A stretch of DNA of 63,766 bases, the filler included, from Welwitschia mirabilis (lineage: Eukaryota): assembly GCA_051453625.1 (NCBI GenBank). It is 5 parts of one record of this genome, joined end to end, with 100 filler letters (N's around TTAATTAATTAA, not from the genome) between each part and the next. Parts side by side here need not be neighbours in the genome. Positions count along the whole stretch, not along the records: positions 28,067 to 55,438 come from JBOZIK010000001.1; 4 more parts are not named here. One strand, written 5' to 3'. How positions within the stretch are numbered: position 1 is the first letter of the stretch; each line of letters opens with the position of its first letter. Below the pieces are notes generated by a model, which searched no databases, had not been told where the DNA came from, and saw nothing but the letters and a program-made list of their open reading frames with translations. The position numbers were made by a program, and so were the translations under genes. Below are positions 40,614-51,611 of this stretch, piece by piece.

Positions 40614-41694
40614 TATTGCGGAGCATATTTATGCAACATTTATGTCCTGAGCAGAATCTTTTTAATCACAAATAATAATGCACAAAAAAAACACACTAAT
40701 ACAGATGTAAGTTGACCTAAATGTTGTAATCTGTCAAAAGCCAAAGTAGGAAATAAGAGAATTGCTTTTAAAATAGAAACACTTGTATACTAATCTATGG
40801 AAATAACTTGTAATACATGAAAGTAAAGTATAATACACCCATGCAAAGAAATCTAGAAAAAGGAAATAGCAATGCACTTAACCTAAACTAACCAAGCATA
40901 ACCTTGACAAAGGTTGCCCTCATAACCTATATCACTAGAGAAACTGTCACCAAATCTAAAGCAACATAAGCTATTAGGAAGAGAAACGATCAAATAATGA
41001 AAGTATAAAAAGAAATGTTTTATACTAAGAATTAAACCAAATATATGTTATAAGGTACCCACACCTTAATGGAGGAAATATCATCCAATACTAAGAAAAC
41101 ATCTCTATAGAACTACAAGATGCATCTCTGATCCTTCAATCTCCTATCACAAGAATTTCAAGTGTAAATGAAGCCAAGCAGGAGTAGAGGATAAGATTTC
41201 TATTTATTGATTCAAACAAATAATAGCAAAGACAGAAAGATGTAGGTAAATCATAACAAATTCATAAAGAAAAAATGGAAATACAAGTGGCAAAAGTTTG
41301 GTCATTGTTTAGTACAGATGTTACAATAGTGTCATTCGGCTGGTTGTCCACATGATAGAATAGAGGATGCCACCTCATAAGCAATCCACATCAGCTACTA
41401 ATTAGAATTTAGTTAGCATTTAGTTGGAACAGTCATCCATATAGTCATCTAGATGATGAGGTAGATAATAGTTTTCAATAATTCTTTAGTCATTGCATTA
41501 ACCTTAATGTTTGTAGAAAGTTATCTTCATAAATACAAAGTATTCATATTTGTTTAGAATGCTTAAAATTATCATGAAGATTTTATATTTCCATTATTTT
41601 TCATCCTAGCTTCCCATTATCACTAAAATCAAGTATTTACCTACAAAACAACTTAAAATACCTTATCAAATATGTGTAAGTTGATAGTACAACA
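40614..41694 (-). repeat. Athila 3' LTR
   Basis: Left end TATTGCGGAGCATATTTATGCAA resembles the reverse complement of the LTR end at 55857/58179; right end GTACAACA adjoins the PPT. Confidence 0.75.
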
Positions 41695-42299
41695 TAACTC
41701 CCAACTTAGTTTTATTAGTGCTTGATAAAACCAGGCTTTAAACTATGTTTGTGAGCCAATTTATTAAACAATAAAACCATTATAATACTTGAGGAAATTA
41801 TCTCAAAAAGATTTGTAAAAATTTTAGAGATAGAATATTAAATTTTTGAGAAGCTAGAAAAAATAAACAAAACACTTGCCATTAAACTTAGTAGTCAGTC
41901 GTCTAGGTTGTCAGCTAGACGATGGAGGGAATGATAGGATCAAAAAAAAGCTTTGGAATTTGAAACCTATGATAGAATTTTATTTTTATAGATATTCAAT
42001 TAAACATAATAAACAACCCCCTACTGAAATAAATAGTTAAAAATGAAAATTTGCCTAAGTACAAATAGATCCTCGTCATAAGAGTTAAAAGATAATCATG
42101 TAAAATTAGAAAAAAAAACGAATACATCATGCTAGAAAAATGATATGTTTATATAATGTTAGAATAGAGTTTTTTAATACAAAAAATGTAGAAGGGGAGA
42201 TATAAAATATAATACAAAATTACTCTCCTTATCTATGCATGATAAACAATAGCTTAGTAGCTAGCTCAAGAGCAAGGGAAGAATAAGGAGAATGCTTTG

Positions 42300-43490
42300 G
42301 ATCTATGGGGAAATGAAAATCTAGAGATGTGATAATAAATCATACTATCTCATTACCCTAGACATGAGAACCAACTCAAGAATATCTATAGTCACACTCT
42401 GCTAAATAAAGACAATGTACTAGTACATGTCCACCATCTAGTCCTCCATGTGCTGTAATCTTTTTTTAATATATAGGATCTGTTGATCAATTATCTGCTC
42501 AAAAGTCTAGATCCTCTAATCGAGTACCTAGATACCTTTATCCACAAAACCTTTGATGATCTTGGTGGTCTCAGCTAGGAGAGCCTAAATTTTCTCTAGA
42601 GAAGATCAAACTGCAGGTCTCTATACCTAAGGTCTCTCTACCTCTCTTAGAATCTGTATATCCATGTTCTATAGGTAGTGAGAAAATATCTAAATGTGTG
42701 AGATGCACTACTCACCCATGGGATCTGGTATCCAAAACTGGATAAAAAGACTAACAGGAGATATGAATAATCAAGTATCTGTAACTGTCATACCCCTATC
42801 ATGGACTTGAGTCTCCTCCATATAAAGGTCAGTAAGACCATCTAATCCGCCTCATGAAAAGCTGCCAAAATCTATAGATGTACCATTATGATGTGACTAT
42901 TATGAAATAATGAGCCGATGTTATGAATCAGTCCTCTATGTAGTACTCTATAAGCAGGGATTAGTTGAGTAATATTTATCCCTCCTTGATCAGTTATCAA
43001 GTTAGCTGGTATGTCTAAAATAGCAATGTAGGTTTGACACTCCTTTGTCCCACTAGTTAAATAGATGTTCATACTTCTAAGCCCTCTAAGATATGTAATA
43101 ACTATAGTATGGGATGGAAGAATAGCTATCTCATAGTCTCAAATAAAAGTGACTAGCATATTCTGAAGTTGACCACGAGCGTCAGCTTGCCTCTCTATAT
43201 GCATGGAATCGTAAAATTCTCTTATCTCTGATACACAATAAGATCCATGTGCATCAATGATTCAATGTGTCCATAAATCTGTCAATCTCTAATCTACCTT
43301 AGGCTCTATATGGTGCATGAAGTCTTCAAAATATCACTCAACGTGAATATTAATACTCTGTATACTCAAAGATCGACTGTGTCAAGGTGGCAGATGTGTA
43401 GGCTCTGCATGCTCAATCTCTGGCTTCACTAAAGGGTCTACCTCCTACTTTATAGGCTTAGTCTTAGCCTTGGCCTATCTAGCTCTACAC
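42300..43490 (-). pseudogene. Athila env-like / plant transposon protein remnant
   Basis: LIPAYRVLHRGLIHNI in ORF 42872-43072; position between integrase and PPT. Confidence 0.55.
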
Positions 43491-44870
43491 ATATTGGACC
43501 CATTTAATCGAAGACACAAAATTTGTCATGTGAAAATAGATAGAAAAATTAAAAATAACACATGTATGCATAATAATGACTCCTAAAATAGATGAAAAAC
43601 TAGCAAAAATATTGAAAATATGTCCTAACCCCTCTAAAGATGCAGTGCATCCCAAATTGCCAAAATGTAAGATAAAAATGAAAAAAAAACATGAAAAGTG
43701 CAAAAATAATATTTTTTATAGGCCCCACATGAAGCAAAAATTTGAAGTATTCAAATAAAAAATCTAATTCAGCAGAGTCGTAAAACATGTTAAACTGATT
43801 AGTTTTTCCTAAAGAATTAGTACGTTTAGACCTACAGTTTATGAGAAAATGAGTGTAGTTAAATTCAAATCTATAAGTTCCAAAATGAATAGCATGAAAA
43901 ATTGAATGATATACATGAAAATTACTTGTTAAAAGATAGACAAATGGGAGAAAAAAGTGAAAAATAAGAGGAGAGAGAAACATACCTCATTTTTGCAAAT
44001 TTGATGAAAACTCACAAATCTAAAACTAAATCTAAATGGGACAAATTTTGGAATGCTGGTACTAGCCAAAGGGATCATTGCCTCTAAAAAAATCAAGGAA
44101 AATGATGAGAAAATGAAAAAAAGGATTTGGATCATGGTTTTATCACACTATCATCTAGTCATGTCGTTTAGATGAGAACCCTAGGATGACTCTTAAAAAA
44201 ACAAATTAGACCATCATCCTTCCAATGTTGTTTAGATGATAAGGTAGATGATGGAGCATGAAAAATATTTTGAAAAGAAAAAGGTCAAATAGAAAAGTTA
44301 GGCTCAAATATGATTATTTACGTAGTAGTTCTAAAAAAAAAGTAAAAAAGATAGAAGCTCACATAGAAAATCACCAAAACCAATAAAACAAAATGAAAAA
44401 AAAAAATACACATGAAAGAAAAAACTATGGCTAAAGAAAATAGACAATCTAGGTCAAAAGCTATAAAAAAGACTGAATAAATGTGCCTAAACAGAAAATG
44501 AAAGCATGGTAAACTTAGAACTCTATAAGATATAAGAACTTATAAAGACTTGGAACTAAAAGATGTTCTTTTAAAATTTTTCAAATGATTTTTTGAAAAA
44601 ATGATTTAGATGATCAAATAGTAAGAAAACTACTAAATGATTAAGGTACTACAGAATAATAAGAAAACGTTAAAATGATTTTGAAATTGTAAACTTAAAA
44701 ACCAAAGATATATAGAGTGAAAATGGATACAAAGAACAAGAAGAAGATCGTTTACCTATCCTAAGTACTATCCTAGCAAAATCCCAAAGATATCATAACA
44801 TCATTTGAGTTAATATGCATGACAAAATGTATTTACTTCATAAAGTTCAATAAAAAAGGTAGTGCTATCG

Positions 44871-44972
44871 TAACAGTCAAGGATTCAAGTACATAGACTA
44901 ATGAATGTCAAAATCAAGAGTTAACAGTCAAGGATTCAAGTACATAGACTAATGAATGTCAAAATCAAGAGT
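44871..44972. repeat. Perfect 51-bp tandem duplication
   Basis: TAACAGTCAAGGATTCAAGTACATAGACTAATGAATGTCAAAATCAAGAGT x2. Confidence 0.97.
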
Positions 44973-45699
44973 TATTCAAAAATAAACTTACTTGCACTTG
45001 TCCCACAAACTCACTCAAATCTTAAAAAGTGAAATGAACAAGTCAGAATACTAAGAGTCACCTTTGATGATATCAAGAATACCATTGATTACCTCAAATT
45101 TTATTGCTTTTTCCATGATGAGGGGAGTGCAACCACTATCAGAGGAGTAAAAACCCATGAAGCACAACCAGCTAACCCCTGAATGAAGTTCCCATAGCTA
45201 TCAACACTGCCAAAGGTTCTTTTTGAAAATATTTATCATGGTGTAGTAGAACATCATTGTGACCATGTATTTTTCTTTAAAGCATAATATAATAACTCAT
45301 GATCATTATTTCTCTATCTTTTTTCCTAAAAATTCTCACATGGTCACACACTCGAAAAAGGCAAAGGTGAATAAGTGAGATTAAAAAAAAGAAAAAAGCA
45401 CTACCAAACAACCTACGACTAAAAAAACATAAGAAACCAAGGCATCTTCCTTTAAACGAAGCCCATAGTCATGAGAATGTCTTAAGATTGGGTGAATCCA
45501 ATCCTATCACTTGTAAATAACCAAGTATAAATTAATCATGAAACTTCATAAATTAACACATAATTTAGGTTTGAAAGATAATCAGATAACATCATAATAT
45601 TAACCAAAAATTTCAACTGAGTCATTAAGATGCACTTTTTCTACAAGATAAAGATCTAACCATTTCAAGGTTAATTTGTTATTCAAAAGATGAAGTCTA

Positions 45700-47101
45700 G
45701 TGTTATATAACAAGATAAGTTAACTGGGTTTAAACTTTGTATAAATTTTTTTTATCATATTTCAACTTTACTTAGGCTTAATGGATTAATTAACAATGTA
45801 TGGCATGAGTTCTTAATTTTATTAAGATGATCTAACTGGGCTAATATATGGAATGAATTCTTTTTCTATTAAGATGATCTAACTGAGCTAATATATATTT
45901 AAGGTTTTCATCAAAATCAAAAATATTAAGTTGATAAGATAAACGATAAGAATTATAACACACATCAATTCGTAACACACATACTTTACTATATACAAGT
46001 TCATGAGAAGTATTCCAAGTAATATGGTAAGCCCAAAGTACATTGTTAAGTTTAGAAGCTCAAGACTTTTTATTAATAGAGTTACATTTTTGTAACATTT
46101 TCTTAATTTCTCTTTTGGCATTTTCAGCCTATCAATTAATTTGAGGATGATAAGCATAAGCTACTCTATGTTCTATAGTAATGGATAAAAGGAATTTCTT
46201 AAAAGTTTAATTAATGAAATGATTAACTTGATCAGTAATGATAACTCTAAGAAAAAAAATCTCTAAAAGGTATGAGTTCTAAGAAAATTACAGACAATTT
46301 GGACATCATTCAAAGAAGTAGGTATGGTTTTAACTCATTTAGTCACATAAACCACACCCATTAAAATGTAATTTTTATTATAAGAAGATGTATGAATAGG
46401 GCCTATGAAATTAATACCCCAATAATCAAAATACTCACACTCAAGAATAGTTCTAAGGGTTATTTCTTGTAAATAAATAAGGCTATCATAACACTGACAA
46501 GGATCACACCTTCTAGTAAAATTAAAAGAATCATGAAAAAAAGAAGGTCAGTAAAAACAAGAATGAAGGATTTTTATCACATTTTTAATTCTAGTAAAAT
46601 GTCCTCCATAAACACCACCATGACAAAGATGAAGGATCTCAAGTATCTCCCAATCAAGCACACATTTTCTCATGATTTAGTCTTTGCACCTATGGTACAA
46701 ATGTGGCTCAATCCACTCATAGTTACCTATCCTATGAAAAAAAGATTTGCATTAATTATAAGTTTAATGTTGTGGTATTTTCATGGTTATAAGATAACTA
46801 ATAATGTTGGCATATCATGGAGGAGAATGAGAAGAAGAGACAATGAAAAGCTACTCATCAGAAAAAGAATCATCAATAAGAGAATTATCCAGAGGAGAAG
46901 GAAGTTGAGATAAGTGATTAGCAATAAAATTATGCTTCCCTACTTTATCTATAATGGTCAAGTTAAACTCTTACATAATAAGGATCCATATAATTAAATG
47001 AGCACTCAAACATTTATTGGTCATGAGGTAACGAATAGCAACATGATCAGTGTAAACACTCATATGAAAGCCTAAAAGATCATGGCTAAGAGAATCAAGG
47101 A
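45700..47101 (-). pseudogene. Athila RNase H + integrase remnant
   Basis: VYTDHVAIRYLMTNK...LIIWILIMxEFNLTIIDKVGKHNFIANHLS (RH); CDPCQ...ECEYFDYWGINFIGP (INT). Confidence 0.9.
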
Positions 47102-47201
47102 NNNNNNNNNNNNNNNNNNNNNNNNNNNNNNNNNNNNNNNNNNNNNNNNNNNNNNNNNNNNNNNNNNNNNNNNNNNNNNNNNNNNNNNNNNNNNNNNNNN
47201 N

Positions 47202-47632
47202 AATTTTAGTTTCTTTTAAAACTTGAATAAGACACATGAATAAATGATTAAAATAAATATATCACATGCCCTTTTTTTTTGTAGATATTATTTTACACCC
47301 TCATATGGATTTTATTTTTTAGATTTAGCTATTTAACCATGGAAAATGACTTGACTAATTATAAATAGATTTATTTAGTACTAAAATTCTTATAATTATT
47401 ATTGCAACTTGAAATAATGAATTGCCCAAAACTAAGATTAAATAGTGAAGTAATCTTATGAGTATTTATAATGTTTGACATACAGTACATTATTAATTAT
47501 AGGGCTACACATAAATTTTCACTAGGAATAAAAAGGTATTTTTATTAAAATTGATATCAAAATGTATTACATAGTTTAGAAACTCTATTAATTAAAGCTT
47601 ACAAAGTGTGGATTATTACATAGACCTTAATG
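47202..47632. repeat. Dispersed ~450-bp non-LTR repeat, copy 2
   Basis: Collinear with 38735-39200; ends at an ATG (47630). Confidence 0.85.
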
Positions 47633-49229
47633 ATAAACCTAGATCTATCACCAATTCTTGACTCACATGGAAATCATACTTTGATCAACAACAATGATAA
47701 GTAGTACAATAAAGAAGGAGAAAAGAAAAAGTTAATCTCTATGCTATGTACAAAGAACATTCATCCACTAGAAAAGATCAACGAGGAATCATCTTTGGCT
47801 AAAATAAAGATAGATATGGCCCTTGGTGAGTTTAAGAATAGTTCTAAATGGATTTGACATGAAGGAATGATTCTTACCAAGGTTCTGATCACCATCAACT
47901 CTAGTGAAATAAGTGTAAGTGGTGTTATTTAATAAGCATGTACATGAAGCAATTCTAAAGATGAACAACAATTAAGTATATGATAAAATGTATCATATGA
48001 TATTGCACTTTTAGCAAATTCAAAACTAGTTGTAAGAGTCCAAAATTTTGGATGATTGTTTGTTATTTTAATCACCTCACAAGACCAAGGTTTACATGAT
48101 TTAAAAGAAAATTTCAGAATATGAGAACAAACTTTACTAGAATGGGACAAGCTTTAGATCTAGTAATCATTGTCTTTAGGATGAAGCTTTAAAGCATGCT
48201 TGAAATAAGCATGAATTTGTAACTAATAAATATGGTAGTTCACATCTTTTGGAGAATAATAATGGTAATACCATTTATAGAATCATGGCCAAGCATAGCC
48301 TTGTTGCTTAGGTAAAAGCCACATGAAAAACATTATGGAAGAGAAGATTTTACAAAATCAGTTTGTAAAACTAAAATATATAGTAAATATACTACAAAAA
48401 AAATTTCCATTATTATTTTATTAACTATAAGAATTCTAGGGTACTTTTTCTAGTGGCTTAACAAGTTCCAACTAACAATCATCATTTGATAATAGTAGTT
48501 CACTAGTAGTAATAAAAACCATTATGATGGTGAACACAAGGGCAAAAAGATGGGGACTATTTAAAAATGAAAACACTTAACATCTAAAATTATCTAAGCT
48601 GAGTTTAATTTATGTATGGCCTTTAACCTTTTAAATCATGGGAGTATATGAATTTTTATGATAAAATATCTTTATAAAATCAAAACATTCATTATAAAGT
48701 GTGTTTCTTTAAGACCAAAAGAGTGCATAAGTCGTATTATGTTCTAATGGTTAATATTTATTGTATTGGAAAGTTTACATGATGGAAATAAAATTGTTAA
48801 TCCATCAAGTGAAGCTTGATGGTATGATTAAATTATTAAGCTTAGTTATGGGCTTATTATAATTAATTATGTATACAATATCATACAGAAATAATATCAA
48901 GAAAAAAAGATATGAGATGATTTTTATGATTTTATTTTTTACATCGTAATTGCTTGAATTTATTCCATTTGAAGTATTAATGTATTTCATAATTTTAAGC
49001 AAGGTAAACAAATTGCTTAAGGAGATCATTCAAAGCATCTCTTATTTAAAGTTGCATAAGATAAAGGGTGTCTATTCATCCAGGAAGATTACTTAAAGGA
49101 AATATTCCTTGAAGTATTACATTTTAGTGTCTTGGTGCTTTTGTCATTGGTTTAAAGCTTAGTTCTTCTTTGCCTTAGTGCTTTAATTTGGTACTTTAAT
49201 GCTATTCTAAAAACATGTTCTAAGAATTA

Positions 49230-50325
49230 TGTAATGTCCAAGTTCTTATCTTTTAGACTTGACATTAAGGAGGGGTTTTTTGGGTTTTAGATTTATTCTA
49301 AGAATGGGTTACTTTAGATCCACATTTTTTCAGATATAAATCCATAAGCTAAGAGTTAAATAAGGTCAAATATAGAATATTTTATTATATAAATTAATTT
49401 AATTTCAATGAATAATTGAGATGATTTCATTAAACATTAGAAATCCTCCCTAGGTTGTTCCCCATTCTAGGCCTTTACTACACTTAAGGGAATCTAAAAT
49501 TTCCTTTGGCTTAATCATGGATTGGTCATATGAATCAATTTCATATAATACCATTATCTTGATGTGCCCTCCACTAGGCATCACATGAATCTATCATAAA
49601 GGTTATCCACATATATGATACCATCATCTATAAATCAACTATACATTTGCCTCCTCCACTAGACATCATATCACCTTTTAGTCATGTAGTTGATTATCAA
49701 CTAATCATCCATTCATATCACATACTATAAATTAACCATATGATTTCTCCTCAATGAAACCCATCCCCCTCTAGGTAAATCATGACTCTCAGCTATGAAA
49801 ATTGATTTCTAGTCATACATCATCCATATATTTGCCTTCAATGAAGGGTAAAACGTGATAAAATGATCCTTTTATAACTAAATATATAATAAATATATAA
49901 ATAGATGACTATTATTAAATAAAATACCAAATATATACAGTCGTACGCCACTAAATCAAAGATCAAAATCAATCAGGAACTAGTACAAATGAATGATTAA
50001 TAAGAACATAAATATAAGAATCTAATACATAATATCAAGTTACTATTTCCATATATCACCATCATGTGTGAATTATATCCATTATAAGTTAGTTAACATT
50101 TACTATTATGATTAAATTATTATCATATTGACTATTATTATATCATACATATACCTTTATATCATTGTTAGCCAATCACATTGATATTACCTATGATCTA
50201 ATCATCAGTAGAATTATCATAGTTAGGTGTATTATTATTGTAGCTAGGTGTATTTCTTAATAGATTTTTAGTTAATAATAACTACTAGTATGGTGATTAT
50301 TTCTGTCACTTTACTATCTTATTCG
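49230..50325 (-). repeat. Chromovirus-type LTR fragment
   Basis: Starts TGTAATGTCC; contains repeated CCTCCCACTAG(G/A)CATCA units; non-coding. Confidence 0.45.
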
Positions 50326-50700
50326 TGTAATACCCCAAATTTATGCAGTTGAGAATCTTCAATATGATGTTGTAATACCAAAGGTAATATCCCATATTCC
50401 TACAGTTAAGGGAAAAAAAAACTCAAAGTTGACAATTTAAAACCGAATGTAACCCTCCCTTCCCTCCTCTCAAAAGAAAATGTCTAAGTTGAAAATGGAG
50501 CATGGCTTGCTTTTCTAGTTGAAATCTTATATAGAAGTGAAAACTTAAGAATTATAAACATGGTGATAAGGTGTAACCAAAGAATCTTTAATTAAAGATA
50601 TTCTACTAGGCAATATTAGAAATATGCCTATAATCATATATGTAAATAAGTAATTAAAGTGGATAATATTTTTTCCTCAAGAGTAATAAATCTTATTAAT
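50326..50700 (-). repeat. LTR end fragment with PBS-junction-like units
   Basis: TGTAATACCCCAAAT...GTAATACCAAAGGTAATATCCC...AAAACCGAATGTAACCCTCCC, resembling 18049-18300. Confidence 0.5.
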
Positions 50701-50891
50701 TAGAGCTAGATCGTAATATTCGCCTAACAGATTGATCAAATGATATTTCCAACTTTCAGGGTTTTACTTTTACAAGTTAAAAAGGGAATTAACTTAAGTC
50801 ATACTTTATATTTAAGAGTATTAGCACCCAATTTATGCACATATTTATATTTGATGTTATTATTTTATTTTTAACAAGATAAAAAGGTTTG

Positions 50892-50960
50892 AGCTTTTGC
50901 TAGGAGTTGAACCTACGACTTCTATCTTATTGGATTATCTAAGGACTAATTTAGCTAATG
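50892..50960 (-). other. tRNA-like fragment (SINE head or tRNA pseudogene)
   Basis: Minus strand has TAGCTAAATTAG (A-box-like) and GTAGGTTCAACTCCTA (B-box in a T-arm-like hairpin); no full cloverleaf. Confidence 0.4.
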
Positions 50961-51295
50961 ATGTAATTTGTAAACCATTTGAATTGGAAATGACAAAAGG
51001 GGGATAACAGCACGTGTTTTCCTTGAAAAGTTCAACCAAGTAAGGCATAGTTGATACGTCAGATTAGTAGCAAGAGGAAAAACATGTTTAACAAGAAGAT
51101 CGCTAGCACCCGACAATGCAATCAATAGAATATGCGATCTGAGAGATCAGAGAAAACGAAAATGGAGACTGAGATGGTATGCATTAATATTTAGAGAAAG
51201 AATTATATGTTGCGCAGATGATGTGGATTAAAAAAAAAAGGCTTACATAGAAGGTCAAAGCTTGGATATTGAATAGTTAAGATGCAATGAAGTAT

Positions 51296-51609
51296 TGTTA
51301 AATAAAGAGCCAAAAGACTAAACAAAAAAAAAGAAGTTATGCAAAGGTAGTTCAATATTATTTGATGTAAGTAGAGAGATTTTTATAGGCATACAAAGGA
51401 AATAACAATTCTTCTTCTTTTGTAATAGAACTACTAACTCCACTAACTTAATAACCATTTCCTTTTTTGTAACCGACTCACTAATTCTATTAACTCAATA
51501 ACTGTATAGCCCCACTAACTCCATTAACTTAATAACCATTTCCTTTTTCGTAACCGATCTACTAACTTTATTAACTCAATAACTGTACAAAATATTTTAC
51601 ACATTAGCA
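51296..51609 (-). repeat. Copia 3' LTR (314 bp) with an internal ~75-bp duplication
   Basis: TGTTAA...TTAGCA; ACTAACTCCA.TAACTTAATAACCATTTCC...AATAACTGTA occurs at ~51433 and ~51514. Confidence 0.85.
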
Positions 51610-51611
51610 CT

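Larger units (their letters stand above)
40614..47101 (-). mobile_element. Athila-type Ty3-gypsy element, 3' half
   Basis: LTR 40614-41694, PPT complement TAACTCCCAACTT at 41695-41707, env-like relic, integrase and RNase H relics up to the gap at 47102. Confidence 0.8.

Noticed and set aside
48240-48330. KWYYHYYSP resembling the XRN exonuclease WYYPxHYAP motif
   Set aside because: Short match with wrong spacing and no flanking XRN motifs; it lies just downstream of, and opposite to, the better-supported plus frame.
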